Origin: Caldisphaera sp.
Lineage (GTDB): Archaea > Thermoproteota > Thermoprotei_A > Sulfolobales > Acidilobaceae
Length of the DNA: 17,617 bases
Direction: 5' to 3'
NCBI GenBank assembly: GCA_049971805.1
Contig: JBMFKU010000024.1
Span: 1 to 17,617, forward strand
Shown: positions 1-8,088 of the stretch, in pieces
Layout: each line of letters begins with the position of its first letter
How positions within the stretch are numbered: the stretch's first letter is position 1
Notes under the pieces: generated by a model
Seen by the model: only the letters and a program-made list of their open reading frames with translations
The model's database searches: none
What the model was told of the DNA's origin: nothing
Translations under genes and position numbers: made by a program

Positions 1-578
1 GATCCCTCTGCATGAATCATTGCAGTTGTAAACAGAGCCCCTAATGATGAAAGTATTTCTCTTAAAACTGATGAGAGAACATTTGGTTCATTAAAATTAG
101 TTCATTTGCCAGGCCATATTTCTGGGCAAACAGGTTTGATAACTCCTGATGGCGTATTATATGCAGGAGATTCTATATTTGGAGATAAGGTTTTATCAAA
201 ATATGGAATACCTTATCATCAATTACCATGCAAATCTATTGAAAGCTTAAATGAACTATTAAAACTATCATCGAATGTTGATTTCATAATACCTTCTCAT
301 GGGCCAATATTAAAATCGTCAAACGCAGTTCAATTAATAGAAGGGAATATTAAAAAATTAATAGTGTTGAAGAAGAATTAAAGAGTTTGTTAAAAGAACC
401 ATTAAGTTTGTCTGAGTTATTATCAAGGCTTCTTTCTAAATTTAAGAGCGAAGAGGAAAGCATTGGTGTTTCTCTTCTGGCAGAAAACACTATAAGGGGT
501 TTCCTATCATGTCTTAGATCTCAAAATTTGGTAGAAATACTACATGATAAGGAAATAAAATGGAAAATTAAGGGTTAA
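1..578 (+). pseudogene. Disrupted MBL-fold metallo-hydrolase, paralogue of 15666-16553 (5' part outside window)
   Basis: Frame 1 reads DPSA*IIAVVNR...FGSLKLVHLPGHISGQTGLITPDGVLYAGDSIFGDKVLSKYGIPYHQ, matching DPKLR...FGPLGLVPLPGHTQGQLGVITPDGILYAGDSLFGDKVLSKYGIPYHQ in the intact copy. There is an in-frame TGA at 13-15. Adding one A to the A6 run at 352-357 joins ORFs 106-381 and 387-578 into IKKINSVEEELKSLLKEP, matching the paralogue's IKKITEVEEELKNILNEP. Confidence 0.8.
176..209. repeat. 34-bp identical inverted copy of 16039-16072
   Basis: TATTTGGAGATAAGGTTTTATCAAAATATGGAAT at 176-209 is the exact reverse complement of 16039-16072. Both copies lie within the MBL paralogues. Confidence 0.9.
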
Positions 579-849
579 TTTTATTTTTTAGCCTAAAAAT
601 ACCAATTCTAGAATACTCATTTTCTGAACCTTCAATTTTTATTATTTCTGATTCAATACCCATTTCTAATAAAACATATTTCAAATCATCAATCCAATCA
701 TATAATCCGTAGGTTTCCCAAAAAGATCCATCGAATTTCACAAAAATTAAATCTCCGTCTTCTTTTATCACTTTTGCCATTGCTTCAGGATATCTATATT
801 TGTTATACTCTGAAATAGCCTTGCTTATCCTTTCATCCATAGGCCTCAT
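568..849 (-). CDS. Small conserved archaeal hypothetical protein (NifU-C-like, family usually has CxxC)
   Basis: 93 aa with EYNKYRYPEA...VKFDGSFWETYGLYDWIDDLKY. This resembles a family I recall as YN.YR.PEA...F.G.FC.TCG..DW.ED. It is divergent from mre11. The start may be ATG at 840. Confidence 0.7.
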   Translation of the reverse strand: MRPMDERISKAISEYNKYRYPEAMAKVIKEDGDLIFVKFDGSFWETYGLYDWIDDLKYVLLEMGIESEIIKIEGSENEYSRIGIFRLKNKINP

Positions 850-960
850 TTTATATTTGAAATTAAATGGCTTTAAAATCCTTTATTAAAATAATATTAT
901 ATTTTTAATTATTTTATTTAGTAATAATATTTAAGAGGTAATACAGATCAAATAATATAA

Positions 961-967
961 AGGAGGT
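961..967 (+). promoter_or_regulatory. Shine-Dalgarno site of mre11
   Basis: AGGAGGT lies 7 nt upstream of ATG 975, at the end of an AT-rich 125-bp divergent intergenic region. Confidence 0.75.
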
Positions 968-974
968 ACAAAAA

Positions 975-2219
975 ATGCAAATTATTCATATGTCTGATCT
1001 TCATATTGGTGCTAAACCTTATAATGAAAACACTATTTATAATGATATAAAGGAGGCATTTAGCGAATCTATTGAAATAATAAAAAGGGAAAGACCTGAT
1101 CTACTAGTAATTGCAGGAGATTTATTTGATAGCCCTAGGCCAGATAATGATTCTTTAAGACTTGTTATACAAAAGTTTAGAGAAGTAACTGGTCTAGGAA
1201 TACCAATAGTAATGGCACATGGAGAGCATGACACCCCTGGAAGAAGGGAATCTACCATATTGCAGGTAATTTCATCTGCTGTTGATAAAGTTTATGCTCC
1301 TCTATATGAGTTAAAATCTGAAGGAGGCTTAACTAAAGAAAAAATATATGAGGATATAGTTAAAGAGACGAAAATTTCTATAAATAATCTAAATGTATTT
1401 GTTTATCCGTTTAAAAAAATAAACTTAGACTCAAGAAGAGAGCTGGCGAACGACTTATTGCCTTATTATAATAAGGCAATAAAGGAGCAAGAAGGAAAGA
1501 GTGTTTTTGTAGCACATTTTTCCATTGATCCATTATTTATTCAAGATGCATTGGTATCTGAAGAAAAGCTTCCTGAAGCAAATTATATTGCAATGGGCCA
1601 CATACATAAAAGATACATAAGCAGAGGTTCAAAATATTATGCATACCCAGGATCTTTATATCCTATAGAATCAAATGAAGCAAGATCTCAAGATAAACGC
1701 GGTCCAATACTTGTAGATTTATCAAGTGATATACCTGATATACAAGAAATATGCGATATACAAATAAGGAAAAATATGGTGAAAGATTTAGAGATAATGG
1801 ATGAAAAAGAAATAAATAAAAAAATTAAAATGTTAATTGAAAATGAAAAAAGAATTATAGGGAAAACTAATAAAGATCCTCTTATTTATTTAAGGATAGG
1901 TATTTCAAAAAATGTATATTCAAGGATAGTGTTGCAAAATATAGAAAGAACAGAAAATGAGGAGAAAGTAATTATTATACCAATATTGGAAAGAATAAAC
2001 AAGGATTTGGAAGAGAAATCTTATTCTGTGAAATCTATCAACAAAAATTATTTAGATCCATTAAATATAATAACAAATGAATTTAAAATAAATGAAAATA
2101 CGGCAAAGCTATTATTAGAATTAAGGGATGCTGCTTTAGACAAAAATGAAGATAGGGTTAATGAATTGCTATCGAAGTTGTCAGAAAAAAGCATTGAAGA
2201 ATTAAAGAGGGTGATATAA
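975..2219 (+). CDS. mre11: DNA double-strand break repair nuclease Mre11
   Basis: Phosphoesterase motifs SDLHIG, AGDLFD, HGEHD, VAH, YIAMGHIH and YPGS. Its TAA stop overlaps the rad50 ATG (TAATG, 2217-2221). Confidence 0.95.
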   Translation: MQIIHMSDLHIGAKPYNENTIYNDIKEAFSESIEIIKRERPDLLVIAGDLFDSPRPDNDSLRLVIQKFREVTGLGIPIVMAHGEHDTPGRRESTILQVISSAVDKVYAPLYELKSEGGLTKEKIYEDIVKETKISINNLNVFVYPFKKINLDSRRELANDLLPYYNKAIKEQEGKSVFVAHFSIDPLFIQDALVSEEKLPEANYIAMGHIHKRYISRGSKYYAYPGSLYPIESNEARSQDKRGPILVDLSSDIPDIQEICDIQIRKNMVKDLEIMDEKEINKKIKMLIENEKRIIGKTNKDPLIYLRIGISKNVYSRIVLQNIERTENEEKVIIIPILERINKDLEEKSYSVKSINKNYLDPLNIITNEFKINENTAKLLLELRDAALDKNEDRVNELLSKLSEKSIEELKRVI

Positions 2220-5032
2220 TGGGTTATTATATTATTGATTCAATTAGTTTAAAAGATTTTTTAAGCCATGAAAATACCAGCATTAGGTTTTCTCCTGGTA
2301 GTTTAGCGTTGGTTGGAGAAAATGGAGCAGGAAAAAGTAGTATATTAGAGGCCTTATTTTTTGCATTGACTTTAAAGCCCTGGAGAGATAGATCATATTT
2401 AATAAAAACTAATTCAAGTAAAGCCTCAATAATTGTTAAGTTAAAAGAGCTTGATGGAAGCAATGTGTTGGAATTAAATATCAGTTTGATTAGAAGAGGT
2501 AAGGATAGCTTAAACACTGAGGTAGTATTAAAAAGAAATGGTAAAATTGAAGCAACAAAAGTAGATGATTATAAAAAAATTTTAAAGCAATATTTAAATA
2601 TGCAGTCATTACCAGATGTTGGAGATTTTTTGCAAAGCTCTGTAATAGTTAAGCAAAATATTCTTAGCACCATTGCAAGCAAGATGAGCGATTCTAAAAA
2701 AGACTTTAAAGAATTAATAGAAAGTGCTTTAGGTATAAAACTATATAAAGAGGTTGAAGATAATCTAAGGGAAATAGAAATAAAATCTGAAAAATCAGAC
2801 GCAGGCATAGGGATCTATAATATAAAACAAAGGCATAGGGATAATATTAAAGAAAATATAGAAAAGAAAAAGATTGATGTAAATAATATAAGTAAGAAGT
2901 TAAGCGAAATAATGAGAAACATAGAGGTTAGCGAGAATCAAAAGAAAATTATTGAAAATCAAAAAAAGGAATTAACTTGTCAATTAGAAAAAATGCAAAA
3001 TAAAGTTTCTGATTTAAACATTTTAAAAATAAAAAAGGATAATCTAGAATCCGAAATTTCTAAACTAAAATATGAAATAGATAATCTAGAATCCGAAATT
3101 TCTAAACTAAAATATGAAATAGATAACATAGAAAAGATTAAATCAATAGCAAATTTGTATAATTTAATAGATGATCATAAAAATAAGGTCGAAAAGAACA
3201 AAGACTTAGAAAATGAATTAAAAAATCTAGAATTAATAAAATTACATTATGATAAAATATTAAAATATAAAGAATTTGAAGATCAATACCAAAAACTAAG
3301 TAAAGAAATTGAAGAATTAAAAAATGATATAAACACAAAAAAGATAGAACAGGCACGAATAAAAGAGATCAATAATAATTACAGGAAAATGGATTTAAGA
3401 TTTAAGCGTCTTTTAGATAATAATAAAGACCTTTTAGAGAAATTGTTTAATGACATAAATATATTTGATAATATAAATATTTTTACTTTAAATAATTTGA
3501 TTGAGAATTTAAAAAATTATTATAAAGGAATCGAAAACGAAATTGAAAGTGATGAAAAAGAAGAAAAAGAATTAAATAGAAAAATACAGAATATAAAGTC
3601 TAATATTGATATAATGAAGAATTATATTAAGGTATTAGAGAAACCCGGTGAAAGGAGCGAATGTCCAGTTTGCCATAGCAAGCTATCAGGAAAGACTGTA
3701 GATGATATAAAAAATAATTATAATAAAGAAATAGAAAGACATAATAAAGAATTAAAAGGCCTTATAAAAGAAGACGAATCTCTAAATAACAAAATAAAAC
3801 AAAATAAAGATATATTAAAAAAATTAACTTATTTAGTTAATGATCTCAGTTCTATTAATGAGGAAATAACCGATGAAATGAAGATCTCAGATCAAAAATT
3901 GGCCTCAATTGAAGCCATTATAAATGAGAAATCTAAAGAACTTGATCAGTTAAAAAAAGAACTCGATAGTATAGAAGACCAGCATAATGAATATCAGTAT
4001 TCTCAAAGCTTTTTGAAATCATTAAATTTAGAGAAAGAAGATGTTGTACAAAAATTAAACGAATTTCAACAAAAAACAATGATAAACGAAAAATTAAAGA
4101 ATGAAATTAGAGAGATCGAGAAAACATTATTAGAAAAAACCAAGGCCGATACTATAGAAAATGCTAAAAATAAAATTATAGATGCCAAAACTAGAGTCGC
4201 TTTGCTAGAAAAATATTTAAATGATAAGAAAAAATATGAGGAAGAGCTAAATAATAAGATAAATGAGATTAATAAAAAAAGAAAGGAGCTTAATGAAATT
4301 AGTTCTCAAATTGCTGCATTGAAAGGAATAGAGGATGAAATTAATAGATTAAAGAAAGAAATGGATGATTTAGAAAATCAATATCAAAAATTAATAAAAG
4401 AAATAAGCATTTTAGAAGGCGAAAAGAAAGTAAATGAAGAGAATTTAATTAAGTTAAATAATGAAATCGAAGTTTTAGAGAGCATTGAGAAAAAGATAAC
4501 AGTGGGATTAGCATCAATAAGTATTTTTGATAAGGTACAGAGATCTCTGTATAATAATGCTTTAATAGCATTAGAAAATGAGATGAATAACGTTTTTTCT
4601 AGATTTGGCCTAGATTATTCTAGGATAGAAATAAGGGAAAATAATGAAGGAAACCTAGGGGTTTATGTAATAGATAGAAATGGTGATGAAAGACCCGTTT
4701 CCATTTTAAGCGGGGGAGAACAAAATGTAATAGCATTAGCCTTTATAATAGCTTTAAATAAAATTATACAAGCCAAGATAGGCTTTTTGGCATTAGATGA
4801 GCCAACTGAAAGTCTGGATGAACAAAGAAGAAAAATTTTAGTAGAAGTTTTAGGGAAGCTAACTGAAAATGAAAGCAACGAGATACCACCGCCAGTTTAC
4901 CAATTATTATTAATAAGCCATCATAGTGATATAATGGATAGTATAGATCAAGTTTGTAATGTAAAGAAGGAAGAAGGTATATCTAAAGTTTTGTGCCAAA
5001 ACGAAGATTATCTTTCAAAAGAGGTTTCATAG
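2219..5032 (+). CDS. rad50: DNA double-strand break repair ATPase Rad50
   Basis: Walker A GENGAGKSS, long coiled coils, central zinc hook CPVC (about residue 482), signature LSGGE, Walker B/D-loop LALDEPTESLD and H-loop ISH. Translationally coupled to mre11. Confidence 0.96.
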   Translation: MGYYIIDSISLKDFLSHENTSIRFSPGSLALVGENGAGKSSILEALFFALTLKPWRDRSYLIKTNSSKASIIVKLKELDGSNVLELNISLIRRGKDSLNTEVVLKRNGKIEATKVDDYKKILKQYLNMQSLPDVGDFLQSSVIVKQNILSTIASKMSDSKKDFKELIESALGIKLYKEVEDNLREIEIKSEKSDAGIGIYNIKQRHRDNIKENIEKKKIDVNNISKKLSEIMRNIEVSENQKKIIENQKKELTCQLEKMQNKVSDLNILKIKKDNLESEISKLKYEIDNLESEISKLKYEIDNIEKIKSIANLYNLIDDHKNKVEKNKDLENELKNLELIKLHYDKILKYKEFEDQYQKLSKEIEELKNDINTKKIEQARIKEINNNYRKMDLRFKRLLDNNKDLLEKLFNDINIFDNINIFTLNNLIENLKNYYKGIENEIESDEKEEKELNRKIQNIKSNIDIMKNYIKVLEKPGERSECPVCHSKLSGKTVDDIKNNYNKEIERHNKELKGLIKEDESLNNKIKQNKDILKKLTYLVNDLSSINEEITDEMKISDQKLASIEAIINEKSKELDQLKKELDSIEDQHNEYQYSQSFLKSLNLEKEDVVQKLNEFQQKTMINEKLKNEIREIEKTLLEKTKADTIENAKNKIIDAKTRVALLEKYLNDKKKYEEELNNKINEINKKRKELNEISSQIAALKGIEDEINRLKKEMDDLENQYQKLIKEISILEGEKKVNEENLIKLNNEIEVLESIEKKITVGLASISIFDKVQRSLYNNALIALENEMNNVFSRFGLDYSRIEIRENNEGNLGVYVIDRNGDERPVSILSGGEQNVIALAFIIALNKIIQAKIGFLALDEPTESLDEQRRKILVEVLGKLTENESNEIPPPVYQLLLISHHSDIMDSIDQVCNVKKEEGISKVLCQNEDYLSKEVS
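3038..3126 (+). repeat. Perfect 42-bp tandem duplication inside rad50
   Basis: GATAATCTAGAATCCGAAATTTCTAAACTAAAATATGAAATA occurs at 3038-3079 and 3080-3121, followed by GATAA. It encodes DNLESEISKLKYEI twice. Confidence 0.95.
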
Positions 5033-5042
5033 GGTGTGAAAA

Positions 5043-6218
5043 ATGGATTCAAATTTGATAAATTCGGCTATGCATAATAAAGATATTATTTTGGATATAA
5101 TTAAAAAATTTCCTTATGAAAATGTTTGCAAAATAGATTGGAAAGAATTACCAGAAAAAAAAGAAATAATTGAGTATTCAGCCGAAGATGGGGGCGACAT
5201 GGTTTCTGAATTTGAAACATTTACAATCTATGCTGTTAAATCCTATTCAAAGTTATTTAACAGCTCAGACAATAAAGATATAGTAAAGGAAAAAGAAAAG
5301 GCCTTATTTGGCTTATTATTACCACCAAAGTATTCCCTACTAAGGGTTTCTCTATATAGAGAAATTCTTGAAGCTACCTCTTCATTGAGCTCTATACCAA
5401 AAAATGGCCTATTTTTATTTGATGGAAGTATTATACCAATAATTGCTTGGTGGAGACCAGTTTCTTCTATAAAAAATGGAAATATGTTGAATTTTTTGAT
5501 AGAAGAAGCTAATGTTAAATTAAAGGAAATTGGAATAGATATAAAAAACGTTGATGAATTAATGAATGAAGATATAGATCATCCGAAAATGCCATTATTG
5601 CTAATGAAGAGAGCATTAAATAAGGATAATTTAGCAGAAGAAGATGATTGGTATCTTGCATTGGAAATATTAGAAGAGCTTTATTCCTATAAGATTCTAA
5701 TAGAAAGGGTTTGGGAAAATAATTCAATTCCAGTTTTCATAACAAAAACCAGCAGATCAAGAGATTTTTGTAGTGGCAATCTACCAGATGTTCACATAAT
5801 TAAAAGGATTATATCTTCAAAACCGGGCTATGTATTGTGGAAAAATAGTACAAGATACGGAGCATATGATATAGTTGGTGGAGGAAAGGAGGAAAGGATG
5901 TTTCCTAAAATAAGTAATATTTCGGATTTTTATGAAAACAGATTAGGAATTTTAAAGTTATATACAAGGTTATCTCATGGTGGACCAATTTTGCAGATAG
6001 AATTTTTATTTGATGCAGAAAAAAATGTACAAAATATTGAAGATTTTGCTCAAGATGTTTTATCAAAATTAATCTCAATCCCTCTTCAAAGAGGATATCC
6101 AACACCACTAGTTTTAGCTCACCACCATGCAGTGATAACTTATGATGATATGGAGGCAATAATTAAGATTAGCGGACTTGAAGGTGAGGTAAGGGAAAGA
6201 ACAATGCTTTATTTTTAG
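5043..6218 (+). CDS. nurA: DNA double-strand break repair nuclease NurA
   Basis: Acidic catalytic motifs SAEDGG and LFLFDGSI, plus ITKTS and the C-terminal GYPTPLVLAH motif. Lies between rad50 and herA, with SD-like GGGTGTGA upstream. Confidence 0.9.
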   Translation: MDSNLINSAMHNKDIILDIIKKFPYENVCKIDWKELPEKKEIIEYSAEDGGDMVSEFETFTIYAVKSYSKLFNSSDNKDIVKEKEKALFGLLLPPKYSLLRVSLYREILEATSSLSSIPKNGLFLFDGSIIPIIAWWRPVSSIKNGNMLNFLIEEANVKLKEIGIDIKNVDELMNEDIDHPKMPLLLMKRALNKDNLAEEDDWYLALEILEELYSYKILIERVWENNSIPVFITKTSRSRDFCSGNLPDVHIIKRIISSKPGYVLWKNSTRYGAYDIVGGGKEERMFPKISNISDFYENRLGILKLYTRLSHGGPILQIEFLFDAEKNVQNIEDFAQDVLSKLISIPLQRGYPTPLVLAHHHAVITYDDMEAIIKISGLEGEVRERTMLYF

Positions 6219-6228
6219 GGTGAGAATT

Positions 6229-7764
6229 ATGACATGTGGTGAATATTCTTTAGGGTGGATTGTAGGGGAAAGTAGTCCTGAAAGAAGTTTAGTTATATTT
6301 TCTGAAAGCAATCAGGAAGATCAGAAAGTAAAGCTTTCAGCAGGAATGTATTTAACAGTTGAAACTCCAGGAGGGTGTATTTTAGGCATTGTGGAAAAAT
6401 TAATTTCTGGGAGTAGATTGTTACCTCAAAATGTTACTGATCCGGAATCTGTAGGATCTGTTATAAAAGCTATTACTCAAGGGGAACTTATTAAGGAGTC
6501 CTACCTTAAGGGATCCGTTAGATGGCTCAGCTATTTGGAAACACTAAAAAAAGGATTAATAGAATCTCCCAAAATGCCTCCAATGCCTGGTACGAATGTT
6601 TATTTGGCAAGAAAAGAAGATTTAGAAAGCATATTTGGTCCAAATGAGCAGGGTTGGATAAATATAGGTAAATTATCATCAATAGATGTTGATTACAAGA
6701 TAAACATAAATAAAATACAAAGACATTTGGCTATTCTAGCAGTAACTGGAGGAGGAAAAAGTAACACAGTTTGCATTCTTACAAGGAGAATAGTAGATGA
6801 GTTAAATGGCACAGTTGTTGTTTTTGATATGCATGGAGAGTATGGGGACTTGAATTTAGGTAGTAAAGGCAAAGTTCTTAAGCCTTCCATCAATCCAGCA
6901 ATTATGGAATTTAGCGAATTAAAAGACTTAGCTAGATTTCCAAGCAATGCAATAAATCAGGAAAGAGTTTTAAGAAAGGCATGGATTGAAGTTAAGCAAG
7001 AATTAAAACAAAATAAAATAAGTTCAGTAGAATTTATGAGTAAATTAAAAGATAAAATTACTGAGCAAATAGATTCTCAAACTAAAAAAGACGTTGCTGG
7101 TGTTTTAAATAAGCTTGATGATATTGAAGATTATTATGGAGAGGTTTTAGATCCTAACGTTTCTTTAGAATTAAAAAACATAATAGAGCCGGGAAAATTA
7201 ACAGTATTTGATTTAAGTGAATTAGATGAGATAGGAGCCGATGCTGTTGTAAGTCATTATTTAAGGAGGATATTACAAGAAAGGAAGCGTTGGAAAAGAG
7301 AGAAAAAAGGTTATCCTGTGCCTTTGTTTGTTGTAATAGAGGAGGCGCATGTTTTAATACCAAATAACATGGATACGCTAAGCCTATATTGGGCATCAAG
7401 AGTTGCAAGGGAAGGAAGAAAATTCGGGGTAGGTCTTATTTTGGTTAGTCAAAGACCTAAAAATGTGAATTCTGATGTATTAAGCCAGACAAATAATAAA
7501 ATAATTTTAAAAATTGTTGAGCCCCAAGATATACAATATGTGCAAGAAGCAAGCGAGGAACTAAGTGATGATTTAGCGAATTTATTACCAAGCCTAAATC
7601 CTGGAGAAGCCATTATAATTGGAAGTATGGCTAAATTACCTGCTTTAGTAAAAATAGAGTTATGTAATTACAAAAAATATGGTGGAGATCTAGATATAAT
7701 TATGGAATGGCAAAAAAACAATGAAAAAAAATTGAAAGATGAGGATTTAAATGCAATGTTTTAA
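6229..7764 (+). CDS. herA: DNA double-strand break repair helicase/translocase HerA
   Basis: N-terminal HAS-barrel-like region, Walker A LAVTGGGKSN, VFDMHGEY, Walker B VVIEEAH, REGRKFG, SQRP and LNPGEA. ATG 6229 is preferred over GTG 6220 because GGTGA at 6219-6223 acts as its SD. Confidence 0.94.
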   Translation: MTCGEYSLGWIVGESSPERSLVIFSESNQEDQKVKLSAGMYLTVETPGGCILGIVEKLISGSRLLPQNVTDPESVGSVIKAITQGELIKESYLKGSVRWLSYLETLKKGLIESPKMPPMPGTNVYLARKEDLESIFGPNEQGWINIGKLSSIDVDYKININKIQRHLAILAVTGGGKSNTVCILTRRIVDELNGTVVVFDMHGEYGDLNLGSKGKVLKPSINPAIMEFSELKDLARFPSNAINQERVLRKAWIEVKQELKQNKISSVEFMSKLKDKITEQIDSQTKKDVAGVLNKLDDIEDYYGEVLDPNVSLELKNIIEPGKLTVFDLSELDEIGADAVVSHYLRRILQERKRWKREKKGYPVPLFVVIEEAHVLIPNNMDTLSLYWASRVAREGRKFGVGLILVSQRPKNVNSDVLSQTNNKIILKIVEPQDIQYVQEASEELSDDLANLLPSLNPGEAIIIGSMAKLPALVKIELCNYKKYGGDLDIIMEWQKNNEKKLKDEDLNAMF

Positions 7765-7868
7765 TTAAGATTTATTTTTAATTTGAGCTTTACTAGACTA
7801 CTGTCTATTTCTAATAGTACAGCTACTTATAAGGTTTCGTCTACATATATATTAAATAGGTGAAAGAA

Positions 7869-7982
7869 TTGAGCACTCTAATATATAGGAAAGATGAAAG
7901 AAAAATAAAATTCAACGTTAATGAAAGAGACGAGAGTGAGCTAGAATGGTATGAAGTATCATCGTTTGCTGAAGGAGCATAA
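7869..7982 (+). CDS. Putative 37-aa small protein or gene remnant (below ORF-track cutoff)
   Basis: TTG start 5 nt after AGGTGA (7858-7863). It encodes MSTLIYRKDERKIKFNVNERDESELEWYEVSSFAEGA*. An alternative in-frame GTG is at 7860, and TTATAA is at 7827-7832. The strand is purine-rich, like the neighbouring genes. Confidence 0.4.
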   Translation: MSTLIYRKDERKIKFNVNERDESELEWYEVSSFAEGA

Positions 7983-8088
7983 ATTTTTGCAATTTTATAG
8001 AGAATTGTGTTATAAAAATAATTTGGTTACTTTCTAAAATTGGTTGTTATTAAAGGATTGGATTTGCAGTTAATGTTGCTAGCAAAAT

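Noticed and set aside
13-15. In-frame TGA as possible selenocysteine
   Set aside because: It aligns with Arg, not Cys, in the paralogue. No SECIS-like hairpin was seen and a frameshift follows.
887-916. Inverted repeat TAAAATAAT-n12-ATTATTTTA in the divergent promoter region
   Set aside because: Composed only of A/T in a nearly pure AT tract, so it is likely by chance. It cannot be supported as an operator.
3038-3126. Direct repeat considered as a CRISPR array
   Set aside because: The units are contiguous with no spacers, in frame within rad50, and no cas genes are nearby.
1037-7408. Minus-strand ORFs of 65-96 aa inside mre11, rad50, nurA and herA
   Set aside because: Antisense shadows of well-supported genes, with no motifs or credible start signals.
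975-7764. HerA/NurA/SMC-like cluster considered as an anti-phage defence system
   Set aside because: All four genes match the housekeeping archaeal resection machinery. No SIR2, DUF4297-like or other effector gene is present.
7765-8088. Possible tRNA or structured ncRNA in the large intergenic gap
   Set aside because: No GC-rich stems or cloverleaf, which a thermophile's structural RNA would need. I did not identify a convincing C/D box pair.
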